A stretch of DNA of 56,472 nt from a virus. Its lineage: Duplodnaviria > Caudoviricetes. Position 1 is the stretch's first letter. The number at the start of each line of letters is the position of its first letter. A program made the position numbers and the translations under genes. The DNA lies in IMG/VR virus record IMGVR_UViG_3300022309_000007, positions 1 through 56,472 of that record; one strand, 5' to 3'. Below, one piece after another: positions 37,175 to 46,152 of this stretch. The notes below the pieces were generated by a model, which was not told the origin of the DNA, did not search any database, and worked only from the letters and a program-made list of their open reading frames with translations.

Positions 37175-37720
37175 ATGACAAGCATAGACGACGTACAAGA
37201 CATCAGCCCTCGCGACCAGTATACCGCGTCCGCGGCGCAGACTGATTTCGACTACAGTTTCCCGATCTTCACGCAGGCCGATCTGACGATCTACGTCGAT
37301 GGCGTGCTGCAAGTGTTGACCACCGACTACACGGTAGCGGGCGCCGGCCAGGAGACCGGAGGCACGGTCACGTTCGTCACCCCCATGACCGGCGGTGAGG
37401 TAGTCACCATCTACCGCGATATCGCCATCGCGCGGAACACAGACGTTCAGCAGAACGGCCCGTGGTCGAGCACCAACTACAACGACGAGCTGGACAAAGT
37501 GTTCCTGATCATGCAGGAACTCGAGAACAAGATCGGTCGGGCTATCCGCTTCCCACTCACCGCGGCGATTACGAATGCGCAGGCGGCGCTTGAACCGTTG
37601 TCCGGGTACCTGGGTAAGTTCTTGCGTATCACGTCTGCCGGGATACTGGAGGCTGCGGTCGCACTGGATAACGTTGTCGCTTTAAGCGCAGAAGTTATCG
37701 GTGAGCTGTCGAACCCTCAG
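35231..37720 (+). repeat. Duplicated ~550-bp anchor-domain coding region of the two tailspikes (35231-35790 vs 37175-37720)
   Basis: Near-identical proteins over about 180 aa; includes an identical run TGGATAACGTTGTCGCTTTAAGCGCAGAAGTTATCGGTGAGCTGT. Confidence 0.92.
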
Positions 37721-39316
37721 ACAGCAGCCGAAGTAGCCGCTAGCGTGACACCAACATATTATCGTTATTTACCGGGTGATATTCAACGATACGGCGCTAC
37801 TGTTGTATCAACTACCAATCGAACCGCGGTACAGGCTTCATTGAACCAGTACTCACACGGTGGCTCGCCAACGTTTATTCCGTGGGGTCGCTGGCGCTGC
37901 GAGGGAACGGTCTACGGTTATTACCATGTAACGAACAATCCAGACTTCGCTTCTGCTGATCGCTTGCAGGCAAAAGTTTTTATTCAGGGTGTGGGTCGGA
38001 TTGAAGTCAATCACTATAACAACAGCGAATATTCCGGTTCTGTTCTTCAATTCACATCAGGGCAGCTGGATATCCACGATGGTCATACAACGGCTGCTCG
38101 CGGCTCCATTATGCGCGATTTGGTAATACTGAATAACGATGCCACGGCGAAAACGATTCGTGCCTATTACACGCCGAGCGGTACTCAGTGGTTCAATCTG
38201 TTTGTAGCGAATGCCGGCGATGGAGGTCAGCTGGATTTGCAGGACATATTTAATGCCGAGTTTATGGACATCATGGCGTATGGAAACGGAGCTGGAACGG
38301 GAATCAAGTACGATGCGGTACAGGCCGGAGGCGGCAACGTGACGATGGTCAATGTCACTTCCAGAAACAACGCTATCGACTGGGATTTGGGTTCTGCGTA
38401 TGACGTAGCGCGATCCAACTTTATAAAAAACTGGACTTTCAAGAACTGTCAGGGGGCTGGCAGCCCGATTCATTGGCGGGTACGACACGGCATTGGGCAA
38501 GCTACCTGGGAGAACTGCTGGAACGAAGGCGCGACCGGGGTTGCAGGAAGGGGCTTTGCATTTTCCGATATGGCGGGCTGGCAAGATGCGGGCTCGGTCA
38601 ATCCCGGTCAATTGCTGCTGACAGGCGGCGGCAATTATTCCGATGCTGCTACGGACTCAGGATTCGTACACATCGAAATCGGTGACGATACAGCCACGGA
38701 GACGACTGATGGTGTTGGTCCGATCACGATTCAGGATGTGACGCTCGGGCAGATCGGCAACAACACCATAGGCATTCGGGTTCACAATTCTACTAATGCC
38801 GGTCCACGGGTTCTAAGCAGAATAAACGCACACAACAATGGCGGAGTGTTCTGTGCGCTAGATGACGAGGTGCAGATAGGGCCGGTGATATGGGAAAACT
38901 ACGACGATTCAGAATATGGGTATGCCAACCATGTCACCGATACAACCGGGGCCACTGATTTACGCAGTCGACTGTCTGTCTATATGGATGAATCTTATAA
39001 CATTCGGCCCGCTTCAGAATCGTTCAGTGAGAAGACCATTACCGGCGGGATCGCTGCGGTAACGGCGTTAACGCATTCTATCGACACGCAAGCCGACGCT
39101 TCAAGCGATGATCTGGATACGCTGACTGGAGGAATACCGGGGCAGACGTTAATCCTTCGTGCAGCAGATTCGGCTCGTACTGTTGTTTGTAAGGACGGAA
39201 CAGGGAACCTGCTTCTGGCAGGTGACTTTAGCTTGGACAATGTGGAAGACCGGCTATACTTGCACTATGACGGAGTTAATTACGTGGAAATATCCAGATC
39301 GGATAACGGTGCCTAA
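37175..39316 (+). CDS. Tailspike / tail fibre 2
   Basis: Same anchor domain; NRTAVQASLN cap, FIPWGRW, beta-helix repeats; unrelated C-terminus. Confidence 0.88.
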   Translation: MTSIDDVQDISPRDQYTASAAQTDFDYSFPIFTQADLTIYVDGVLQVLTTDYTVAGAGQETGGTVTFVTPMTGGEVVTIYRDIAIARNTDVQQNGPWSSTNYNDELDKVFLIMQELENKIGRAIRFPLTAAITNAQAALEPLSGYLGKFLRITSAGILEAAVALDNVVALSAEVIGELSNPQTAAEVAASVTPTYYRYLPGDIQRYGATVVSTTNRTAVQASLNQYSHGGSPTFIPWGRWRCEGTVYGYYHVTNNPDFASADRLQAKVFIQGVGRIEVNHYNNSEYSGSVLQFTSGQLDIHDGHTTAARGSIMRDLVILNNDATAKTIRAYYTPSGTQWFNLFVANAGDGGQLDLQDIFNAEFMDIMAYGNGAGTGIKYDAVQAGGGNVTMVNVTSRNNAIDWDLGSAYDVARSNFIKNWTFKNCQGAGSPIHWRVRHGIGQATWENCWNEGATGVAGRGFAFSDMAGWQDAGSVNPGQLLLTGGGNYSDAATDSGFVHIEIGDDTATETTDGVGPITIQDVTLGQIGNNTIGIRVHNSTNAGPRVLSRINAHNNGGVFCALDDEVQIGPVIWENYDDSEYGYANHVTDTTGATDLRSRLSVYMDESYNIRPASESFSEKTITGGIAAVTALTHSIDTQADASSDDLDTLTGGIPGQTLILRAADSARTVVCKDGTGNLLLAGDFSLDNVEDRLYLHYDGVNYVEISRSDNGA

Positions 39317-39723
39317 TGACAACCCTTCTCACAATCCTCAAACATCTATGGCCTACAACATGGTTAAAAGCAATGTTACAAGAAGCTGAACATGCGCCGG
39401 CAACAGTGCTCGGCATCTTCGTCTTATGGTTAACGATCATAGTCCTGTCACTATCCGCGTGGTCTGCTTACTCGAAAGACGCCGAAGCGGCCGATGCGAA
39501 GTTCGCTACAGTACAAACGCTCATAGCCAAAAACACCGAGGCGTTGGATTGCGCTCGCAGAGATCGCGTTATATCCGCCAAGACGCGGGAAGTTAACAAC
39601 TTGTCACGGCTTCTCGAGTTAGCTACTGACGAAAATGAAAAACGCGATATAAATCTGCAACTATCCGAAGCACAGCGCGATCTCAACAAAGCCCAGCAAG
39701 GCTATGACGCCAAATGCTTATAG
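39316..39723 (+). CDS. Single-TM coiled-coil membrane protein (holin/antiholin-like)
   Basis: One hydrophobic helix, two C-terminal Cys, start of lysis cassette. Confidence 0.6.
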   Translation: MTTLLTILKHLWPTTWLKAMLQEAEHAPATVLGIFVLWLTIIVLSLSAWSAYSKDAEAADAKFATVQTLIAKNTEALDCARRDRVISAKTREVNNLSRLLELATDENEKRDINLQLSEAQRDLNKAQQGYDAKCL

Positions 39724-39733
39724 GAGTTAACCT

Positions 39734-39985
39734 ATGTTCATACAGAAAGTAAACAAGGAATGGGTCGTCAAGAAGAAGTTCGCCTTCGCCGCTGTTGCCC
39801 TGGCAGCTATCACCGTGATAGGCTTACACGGTCTGATGCTGGCACAGTCGGTATCCGACACGGCCGTTCTTCTGACGGCTTACACGACAGCCAGCGGCGC
39901 GGTACTGGCGCTCATATTCGCCGCTGACATTACCGACAAGAAACTCAATCAAGGAAGTTACGAGCCCAAGTCCAACAAGGAATAG
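39734..39985 (+). CDS. Holin (two TM helices, putative)
   Basis: AGGAG RBS, two hydrophobic segments, charged tail, upstream of endolysin. Confidence 0.65.
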   Translation: MFIQKVNKEWVVKKKFAFAAVALAAITVIGLHGLMLAQSVSDTAVLLTAYTTASGAVLALIFAADITDKKLNQGSYEPKSNKE

Positions 39986-39988
39986 TTT

Positions 39989-40642
39989 ATGCAAGTGTCG
40001 CTTGAACAACTGAAAGACATCCTTCCGCATTGCCGCTACCCGGAAGATTGGGTAAGACCGCTGAACGATGCCATGTTCAGCAGGGAAATCGCAAACAAGC
40101 TCCAGCGCGTGTGTGCTTTCCTCGGACAAATCGCCGTAGAGTCCGCGGAATTGAACCGAACCGAGGAAAATCTGGCCTACTCGCCGCAGCGCATCATGGC
40201 GGTATGGCCAACCCGATTCAAGGACTTGGAAGAGGCGCTGGCGTACGGGCGGAACCCGGAGCGGCTCGGCAACAAGGTGTACGCCGATCGCATGGGCAAC
40301 GGCCCGGTGGAATCCGGTGACGGCTTCCGTTACCGCGGACGCGGCCTGATCCAGATCACCGGGCGAAGTAACTACAACCGTATCGGCGAACTGATGGGGC
40401 TGCCGGCATTAGCCGAGCACCCGGACAAGCTGGTTACTCCGCGCTACGCTGCGTTGTCGGCCGCGGTCTTCTGGGAAGACAACGGCCTGAATGACATCGC
40501 CGATACCATCACTGCCAAGAACCTGAAGGCGCGGGTAAAAGCCATCACCAAACGGGTGAACGGCGGTGTTCACGGGCTGGACGAACGGCTCGCTTTTACC
40601 GAGAAAGCACTCGAAGTGCTGGACCAAGGGTTTGAACTTTAA
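39989..40642 (+). CDS. Endolysin, glycoside hydrolase family 19
   Basis: AFLGQIAVES, EENLAYS, DGFRYRGRGLIQITGRSNY, ITKRVNGGVHGLDER. Confidence 0.93.
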   Translation: MQVSLEQLKDILPHCRYPEDWVRPLNDAMFSREIANKLQRVCAFLGQIAVESAELNRTEENLAYSPQRIMAVWPTRFKDLEEALAYGRNPERLGNKVYADRMGNGPVESGDGFRYRGRGLIQITGRSNYNRIGELMGLPALAEHPDKLVTPRYAALSAAVFWEDNGLNDIADTITAKNLKARVKAITKRVNGGVHGLDERLAFTEKALEVLDQGFEL

Positions 40643-41046
40643 TGTGGCTGACCTTTCTAAAATCTCTGAAGTCGCTGTTAAACCCCACCGTACTGCTGAC
40701 GGTCACCCTTGCGAGTGCGTCCGCTGCCGGTGTCGGGTACTATCGCGGGGCGACCAACACGCGAAACGCGATCGAGGCCAGCGAGGCGAAGTTGGAGAGG
40801 GTGCGCCAGATAACCTACGACGCAGCCTTGGCGGCAACTGCCGAGGAAATCTCGAAGATTCAGATCGTCAACCGGACGATCCGACAGGAGTTGGAACGTG
40901 AGATCAGGACTGAAACGAAGTACGTTGATTGCCGCAGCAGTGATGATGTTGTGCGGTTGCTCAACGCTGTCCTCGCGGGAGCAGCCCCGGCAGAGTCCGT
41001 TGATAGCGGTGAGCTGCCCGACGTTGACGCCGCTGACGGGCAATAG
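40642..41046 (+). CDS. Rz: Inner-membrane spanin
   Basis: N-terminal TM, coiled coil, C-terminal Cys; follows endolysin. Confidence 0.8.
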   Translation: MWLTFLKSLKSLLNPTVLLTVTLASASAAGVGYYRGATNTRNAIEASEAKLERVRQITYDAALAATAEEISKIQIVNRTIRQELEREIRTETKYVDCRSSDDVVRLLNAVLAGAAPAESVDSGELPDVDAADGQ

Positions 41047-41128
41047 CTTCGGCGAGATCATAGCCAAGCTGGCGGAAGTGGCGGGCCAATACAACGAATG
41101 CCGGCGGGCGGCTTTGGGTGTGGAATAG
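40898..41128 (+). CDS. Rz1: Outer-membrane spanin lipoprotein (overlapped)
   Basis: GGAG RBS, lipobox LCG-C, CPxL and YNEC motifs, overlaps Rz in another frame. Confidence 0.8.
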   Translation: MRSGLKRSTLIAAAVMMLCGCSTLSSREQPRQSPLIAVSCPTLTPLTGNSFGEIIAKLAEVAGQYNECRRAALGVE

Positions 41129-41644
41129 ATGGAACTTTTCTTTCAATGGTTGATTGAAAAGTTCGAGGCGTTTTATTGTGTTTACATAGTACGTCCATAC
41201 GAACGTGCTGTTCATATTCGCGGCGGAAGGCTTCTGAAAGTCAGCCCGCCCGGATGGTACTTCAAACGCCCCTTTGAATACGACGAAATTCATAAGCTTA
41301 ATGTTGTATACGACACAATCAATCTGAATACCCAAGTCGTAACTGACAACAAAAAGCAATCGTACGTCATAAGTTCTGTGATCGGTTGGCAGATTCGAGA
41401 AGAGGCTTGCGCGAAGCTTATAATAGAACTCGAAGATTACGAAGACGTATTAGCCAACACCGTATACGGCGAGCTTGCGCGGGTAGCCAGAGAATACGAT
41501 TTCGATAATGTTAGCCAAATAGAAGAAAAGGCGGCAACGGCTATTCGTAGAAAATTAGGACGTTACGGCGTTGATTTGAAAGATTTGTGGATAACAGACC
41601 TTGCTAAAGCCCGGACTTATCGGCTTGTAACCGGTAACGATTAG
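41129..41644 (+). CDS. SPFH / band 7 (stomatin-like) protein
   Basis: IVRPYERAV...PGWYFKRPF...YGVDLKDLWITDL. Confidence 0.8.
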   Translation: MELFFQWLIEKFEAFYCVYIVRPYERAVHIRGGRLLKVSPPGWYFKRPFEYDEIHKLNVVYDTINLNTQVVTDNKKQSYVISSVIGWQIREEACAKLIIELEDYEDVLANTVYGELARVAREYDFDNVSQIEEKAATAIRRKLGRYGVDLKDLWITDLAKARTYRLVTGND

Positions 41645-43035
41645 ACCCTCTTCCGTAGCGCCCGCATCAGCTTCACCTGGTCAATGTCCTTCCCTTCCAG
41701 CATTGACATGTAATCCTCGTCGATCGTATCGCGAGCCACCAGCACTTGAATCATCAAGTCCTCCGATCCCCGACGATGCCCTCCCGCCAGCCTGGCGATC
41801 AACTGCAACCACCACTCGAGATTGTTGGTCGGCCCGAACCAGATAAGGTCTCGGGCGCCTGACTTGTACAGCTTGTTCAGCCCGTGCCCGCCCGAGGCCG
41901 GGTGGATAATACCATAATCCAGCTCGCCGCGCTCGAAGGCGTTCATGGACGCCTCCGACTTCAATTGAGCCCACCGGCCGCCATAGCGTGTCAGGCGCTC
42001 CCCTATGCGCGCCAGATCGCTTCTGAAGCCGTACCCTATCAGGACCGGTCCTGAGAACGAAAGCTCGTCCAGCGCCTCACAGAGAGCGTCCAGCTTGGCG
42101 TCGTGCAACCGTTCGAAGCTCCCACGGTCATCCGTGTACACGGCCCCGGAGGCGAGCTGGAGCAGCTTCCCGCCAAGGACGCCCGCGTTGGCCGCTGTGA
42201 TCGTATGCGGGTCCAGTTGCAGAATAGCCTCGCGCGCCAGCTTACGGTACTGCCGCATCACGGCCGGTGAGAGCGTGACCTTGATCTGGTTGACCGGGAC
42301 CGCCGGCTGGGCGTCCGGGATGGACAACACGATGTCACTGATAAGACTTTGAATCTCTTCGGCTGCCCCGTCCTTGATCTCGTACTTGAACCCCCACTCC
42401 TGGGGTGCATTGAACCACCTTTTCAGGAAAGCGTCCTCGGTCGCCCCGAGGCGGTGCCCGCCATCCAGCATGTATATCTGGTGCCAGATATCCCGGTAGC
42501 CGTTCGGCGAGGGCGTCCCGGTCAGCTCCAGCACGGTTTGTGCCAGCCCGTAACGGGCGACCCCGGAGGCGGCTACCGAGCACTGGGCCGACTGGCTCTT
42601 GTAACTCTGCGCCTCGTCCATCGTGAACCAGTCCCACGGCCACTTGCGGATTTGCTTGAACTTGGTCTTGGTGCCGACCTCAACGTAGCCTGAGAAGAGC
42701 CAGGCGAGGTTCTCGCGGTTGACGGTGTGGATGTCGGCCGGCACCTTGAGAGCGTCCAGCCGGTTCTGTCTCGAACCGTGAATACGGGAGACGGTCAGTC
42801 CTTGCAGGTGCGCCCACTGTTCGACCTCTTCATGCCACACGTCACGGGCAACCCGGAGTGGCGCCGTGACCAGCATACGGCGGGCGTCGAAAGAGTTGGA
42901 GGCGTCAGCAAAGGCGGTTAGGGCGGTGCCGGTCTTCCCTGTCCCCATGCCCATCCAGAGTGCAGCCTTCGGATGTTGTCTTACATGGTCGATCCCTTGC
43001 AGTTGGGACGGTGTGAGGTTGTTACGATCCAGCAC
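41641..43035 (-). CDS. SNF2-family (DEAD-like) helicase
   Basis: MGMGTGKT, APLRVA, DEAQ, LTGTP, HPASGGHGLN. Confidence 0.92.
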   Translation of the reverse strand: MLDRNNLTPSQLQGIDHVRQHPKAALWMGMGTGKTGTALTAFADASNSFDARRMLVTAPLRVARDVWHEEVEQWAHLQGLTVSRIHGSRQNRLDALKVPADIHTVNRENLAWLFSGYVEVGTKTKFKQIRKWPWDWFTMDEAQSYKSQSAQCSVAASGVARYGLAQTVLELTGTPSPNGYRDIWHQIYMLDGGHRLGATEDAFLKRWFNAPQEWGFKYEIKDGAAEEIQSLISDIVLSIPDAQPAVPVNQIKVTLSPAVMRQYRKLAREAILQLDPHTITAANAGVLGGKLLQLASGAVYTDDRGSFERLHDAKLDALCEALDELSFSGPVLIGYGFRSDLARIGERLTRYGGRWAQLKSEASMNAFERGELDYGIIHPASGGHGLNKLYKSGARDLIWFGPTNNLEWWLQLIARLAGGHRRGSEDLMIQVLVARDTIDEDYMSMLEGKDIDQVKLMRALRKRV

Positions 43036-43225
43036 GGTCGCCGTATGCCCGTATCCCCGAATACGATCGGTCCCACATCCCGGTAGCGATCTCGCGTATT
43101 TCGCGTAAGCGCAGCTCGAGTCCGGTGGTTCTCAACGCCATTTCGCGTATCTTCTCCTGCTGATTCCGGACTCGCTTTCGGAGTTCTGACAGTTCGCCCG
43201 GATAACTTTCCACTTCGTTGTTCAT
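43022..43225 (-). CDS. Small coiled-coil protein
   Basis: AGGAG RBS before ATG 43225. Confidence 0.6.
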   Translation of the reverse strand: MNNEVESYPGELSELRKRVRNQQEKIREMALRTTGLELRLREIREIATGMWDRSYSGIRAYGDRAGS

Positions 43226-43593
43226 GTCAGATTCTCCTGTGCGTAAAGCAACTCTTTGAACTTGTCCACGTCGTCGATCACGTAAACCCATAACCGGACA
43301 GCCCGCATTCGTGCGTGTTCTTTCTGCTGCAACTCAGTAGGTTTGCCACCAGGCCGTTTGAACTCCACAAAGAATACGTGACCTTCCTTGGCGAAGATGT
43401 AATCGGGTACCGACGTGTTACCGGGAGCCGCGCTGAACTTCCTCGCCCACCAGCCTTTACTTCGGGCGTGCTTGACGCTCGGCCCCTGTATGTCTTTCTC
43501 CTTCAACGGCCGTTTCGTCTCTTTCCAGTCGCTCACGTCGAATGCGTCTTTCACGTTTGAATACCCTGTTCCAGTTTCTTTCGAGAGTGTCAT
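43222..43593 (-). CDS. VRR-NUC domain nuclease
   Basis: EKDIQ, VPDYI, FVEFKRPGGKPTELQ. Confidence 0.9.
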   Translation of the reverse strand: MTLSKETGTGYSNVKDAFDVSDWKETKRPLKEKDIQGPSVKHARSKGWWARKFSAAPGNTSVPDYIFAKEGHVFFVEFKRPGGKPTELQQKEHARMRAVRLWVYVIDDVDKFKELLYAQENLT

Positions 43594-43793
43594 TGTCCAC
43601 GAACTGTGGACGGCGTTTGCTGCCTTTGCTCACCCGGCTCCTCCCACATTCGAATGTATTTCATGCCGAAGTCGACATCCTTTTCCGGGTAGCCTTCGTC
43701 AAGCAACCACTGTCTGAAGTCAGTAACGTCTTCAGGCAACACCTTGGGAAAGCCGTACCTCCAACCCGAAGGCGGATCGACGAACTTACTCAT
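43590..43793 (-). CDS. Conserved small phage protein (DPPSGWxYGFPK)
   Basis: Recognisable motif; overlap-coupled. Confidence 0.7.
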   Translation of the reverse strand: MSKFVDPPSGWRYGFPKVLPEDVTDFRQWLLDEGYPEKDVDFGMKYIRMWEEPGEQRQQTPSTVRGQ

Positions 43794-43953
43794 TTCCTGT
43801 AACTCTTCCGATCTTGTTCTCGAGTTCCTGCATGATCAGAAACACTTTATCCAACTCGTAGTCGTACTTAGTGCTCGACCACGCAGCAGCAGCAGCAAGC
43901 ACGGTGAAAACTCCTGCTCCAAACGAAGCCAGCACAAGTAAAAACAAATTCAT
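43786..43953 (-). CDS. 55-aa signal/TM peptide fused to a copy of the tailspike anchor helix
   Basis: ATGA overlap with polymerase stop; MNLFLLVLASFGAGVFTVLAAAAA-WSSTKYDYELDKVFLIMQELENKIGRVTGNE. Confidence 0.75.
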   Translation of the reverse strand: MNLFLLVLASFGAGVFTVLAAAAAWSSTKYDYELDKVFLIMQELENKIGRVTGNE

Positions 43954-45950
43954 TTCCGATACCTCTTCCCACGCCATCCTTCACACTTGACGGGTAATCC
44001 GTCAGCCCATTCGAGCGGCACGGTCATCAACCGCATCGCCTCTTCATCCGATCCGAACCCTTCCGGTACCTCGAACACGCCCTCGTCATGCACGGTAAGG
44101 GTGGTTTTATACCCCTTATCCTCCATATTCATCAAACCAGAAACTAGTAAGTCTCTACCTATTCCCTCGCAGGCGTTCTGCAACCACTTGCCACCATACG
44201 CTGATACGCGCGTCCACTTACGCGAATAGGTGTCGATACCCATGTAGGTGACTTCTTCACCACGGTCGCCCATCTGCACTTCCGGATCGAGATAGGCGAT
44301 CCGACGGCCCGAGGGCAGGCGCATGTACAGCCAGCGCCCTTCAACCTTGAACATGATTTTCTTGTTCGGAATCGCGTACGCCTCGCCTGGGTGCTTGACC
44401 GCGTACATCGCCGTTTCGGTCAGGTCGTACCACAATTGAACCTGTTCCGAGTTCGCTTCGCGCCACTTGCCGGCGATGTCGGCCGGGTCCATGTTCAGCT
44501 TGATACCCATCTGCCGGGCGAACTTCTCGATGGCAACCGCCCAGCCTTGGTAACCGCAAGCCAACTCGCCGATCTTCGCCGCCGTATAAAGCTGGTCCTC
44601 GCCGCTATCGACAACCTCTTCGGGCTTGATACCGAACATCAGGGAGCCGGTAGCGTTGTAAATCTTGATCTTGCCTTCACGAAAGAACTTCAACTTCCAC
44701 TCGGCGCCCGCCAGCCACGCTTGGATGCGTGACTCGATCTGCGCGAAGTCGTACGCCATCAGGTCCTTGCCTTCTCCCGCCACCAGCATACCGCGGGTGC
44801 AGGAGGCCAGCACCTTCATTACGTCGGTGCCATGATACAACCAGCGCAACCAGCCCAAGTTCCGTTCCCGCAGTTCCTCTATCGCATTGTCGGCATCCTT
44901 GATCACCGGGCGCATCATGTTCTGGAGCTGGACGATGCGGGAACTCCAGCGGCCGGGACCGGCGCCGTAGTATTGCAGCATCCCGTGCAGCCGTCCGTCA
45001 TCGCAAACGGCGCGCAGCATAGCGTCGAACTTGGTGACGGCCTTCATGTTGTAAGTGGAGAACAGTCGTAGCAGCTTCTTGATGTTGTCCGGACAACGGC
45101 TGTCCTTCACCACTTCGTCAACGGTCGGCGCTTGCAGGTTTTTAAGCTGCGGATAACCGTTGGCTCTGATCCATTCGGCAAGAGCCCCGGTTTGGGTAGG
45201 TTTGTACCCGGTTTGGGTATGACACAGCTCCGCCAGCTTTTCTTTGTATTCGTCCCGGATCGCCATTGCGTTCTCAACCGATTCGATGTCGACGCCGATA
45301 CCGCGCTCGTTGATCTTCTGATCCAGGAAGTAGATGGACTGCTCGCGCTCCGTCAGGTCCGGGATGTGTTTGTCCAAGTCGCGCTCGGCTTTAACGTCGT
45401 CGATGCAATACCTGACCAGCGTGATAAACCGATCCGTTTCGTCGTACGGCGTGGGGCGGGTACCGTCCTTGCGGGGCTTGGCGAAATAGCGCATCTCGTT
45501 CGCCCCGGACTCACGTTTAGGGAAGGTACCGAGTGCCTTCGCCGCATGTTCCAAGGCTGCCGGCAGGCCGTGGACGGCGGCCTTGGCCATTGTGCAGATT
45601 GTATTCTCTATTCTGATATGCGGAACGCTGTGTCGAATACCGGCTGAATTGTTCAGGACAACTCGCTCGAACTGTGCATTATGCGCTGCTATTTTCGCCT
45701 TCTCTACCGTGAGTTGCAGAACTTGCGGTATAAGATGCCCTTGCAGAAGAGCCCCCTCAACTTCCAACTCCAGCTCGTTGAAAATCTTCTGCGGCAAGTT
45801 TTTCCACGGCATCCACACGTTTACCGGGCCGTCGTCTTCCGCCCAGCACAAGACACTCAGGTCGGTTGAAGGATGTTGCGCATAACGGTACAAGCCCTCC
45901 GTTTTCAGGTTGGCTTCGCTGAATGTTTCGATGTCGATATGGACTTTCAC
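43950..45950 (-). CDS. DNA polymerase family A with 3-5 exonuclease (SPO2/APSE-like)
   Basis: DIET, AHNAQFE, YCIDD; motif A DFAQIESR, motif B KIGELACGY, motif C TVHDE. Confidence 0.93.
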   Translation of the reverse strand: MKVHIDIETFSEANLKTEGLYRYAQHPSTDLSVLCWAEDDGPVNVWMPWKNLPQKIFNELELEVEGALLQGHLIPQVLQLTVEKAKIAAHNAQFERVVLNNSAGIRHSVPHIRIENTICTMAKAAVHGLPAALEHAAKALGTFPKRESGANEMRYFAKPRKDGTRPTPYDETDRFITLVRYCIDDVKAERDLDKHIPDLTEREQSIYFLDQKINERGIGVDIESVENAMAIRDEYKEKLAELCHTQTGYKPTQTGALAEWIRANGYPQLKNLQAPTVDEVVKDSRCPDNIKKLLRLFSTYNMKAVTKFDAMLRAVCDDGRLHGMLQYYGAGPGRWSSRIVQLQNMMRPVIKDADNAIEELRERNLGWLRWLYHGTDVMKVLASCTRGMLVAGEGKDLMAYDFAQIESRIQAWLAGAEWKLKFFREGKIKIYNATGSLMFGIKPEEVVDSGEDQLYTAAKIGELACGYQGWAVAIEKFARQMGIKLNMDPADIAGKWREANSEQVQLWYDLTETAMYAVKHPGEAYAIPNKKIMFKVEGRWLYMRLPSGRRIAYLDPEVQMGDRGEEVTYMGIDTYSRKWTRVSAYGGKWLQNACEGIGRDLLVSGLMNMEDKGYKTTLTVHDEGVFEVPEGFGSDEEAMRLMTVPLEWADGLPVKCEGWRGKRYRK

Positions 45951-46141
45951 TTACCGCGCACCATCCCACACTCCAACGATCGGATAGCCTCTTCAATCAG
46001 CAACTTCGCACCGGTAAGTCCGTACTCGTAATGCCTGATACCTTCGGCGAACATAGCCTCGCTCACTGCGTCAATCACGCCGGCAGCAGAACGCAGCGCG
46101 ATGTCCGCGTCGTTGAACATCAGGGTTTCTATCTTAATCAT
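45947..46141 (-). CDS. Small hypothetical protein
   Basis: AGGAG RBS, GTGA overlap with polymerase. Confidence 0.65.
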   Translation of the reverse strand: MIKIETLMFNDADIALRSAAGVIDAVSEAMFAEGIRHYEYGLTGAKLLIEEAIRSLECGMVRGK

Positions 46142-46152
46142 TGTGTTCTCCT

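Larger units (their letters stand above)
37461..43883. repeat. 76-bp inverted repeat pair (37461-37536 and 43808-43883), 69/76 identical
   Basis: Direct alignment; last 32 nt perfect. Confidence 0.95.

Noticed and set aside
37461-43883. Diversity-generating retroelement TR/VR pair (tail-fibre repeat in a BPP-1-like gene order)
   Set aside because: Mismatches are not adenine-specific on the coding strand, the segment is in the anchor rather than the tip, and no reverse transcriptase is present
43808-43883. Antisense RNA against tailspike mRNA
   Set aside because: The minus-strand transcript here has the same sense as the tailspike message; it would need an unseen + strand transcript
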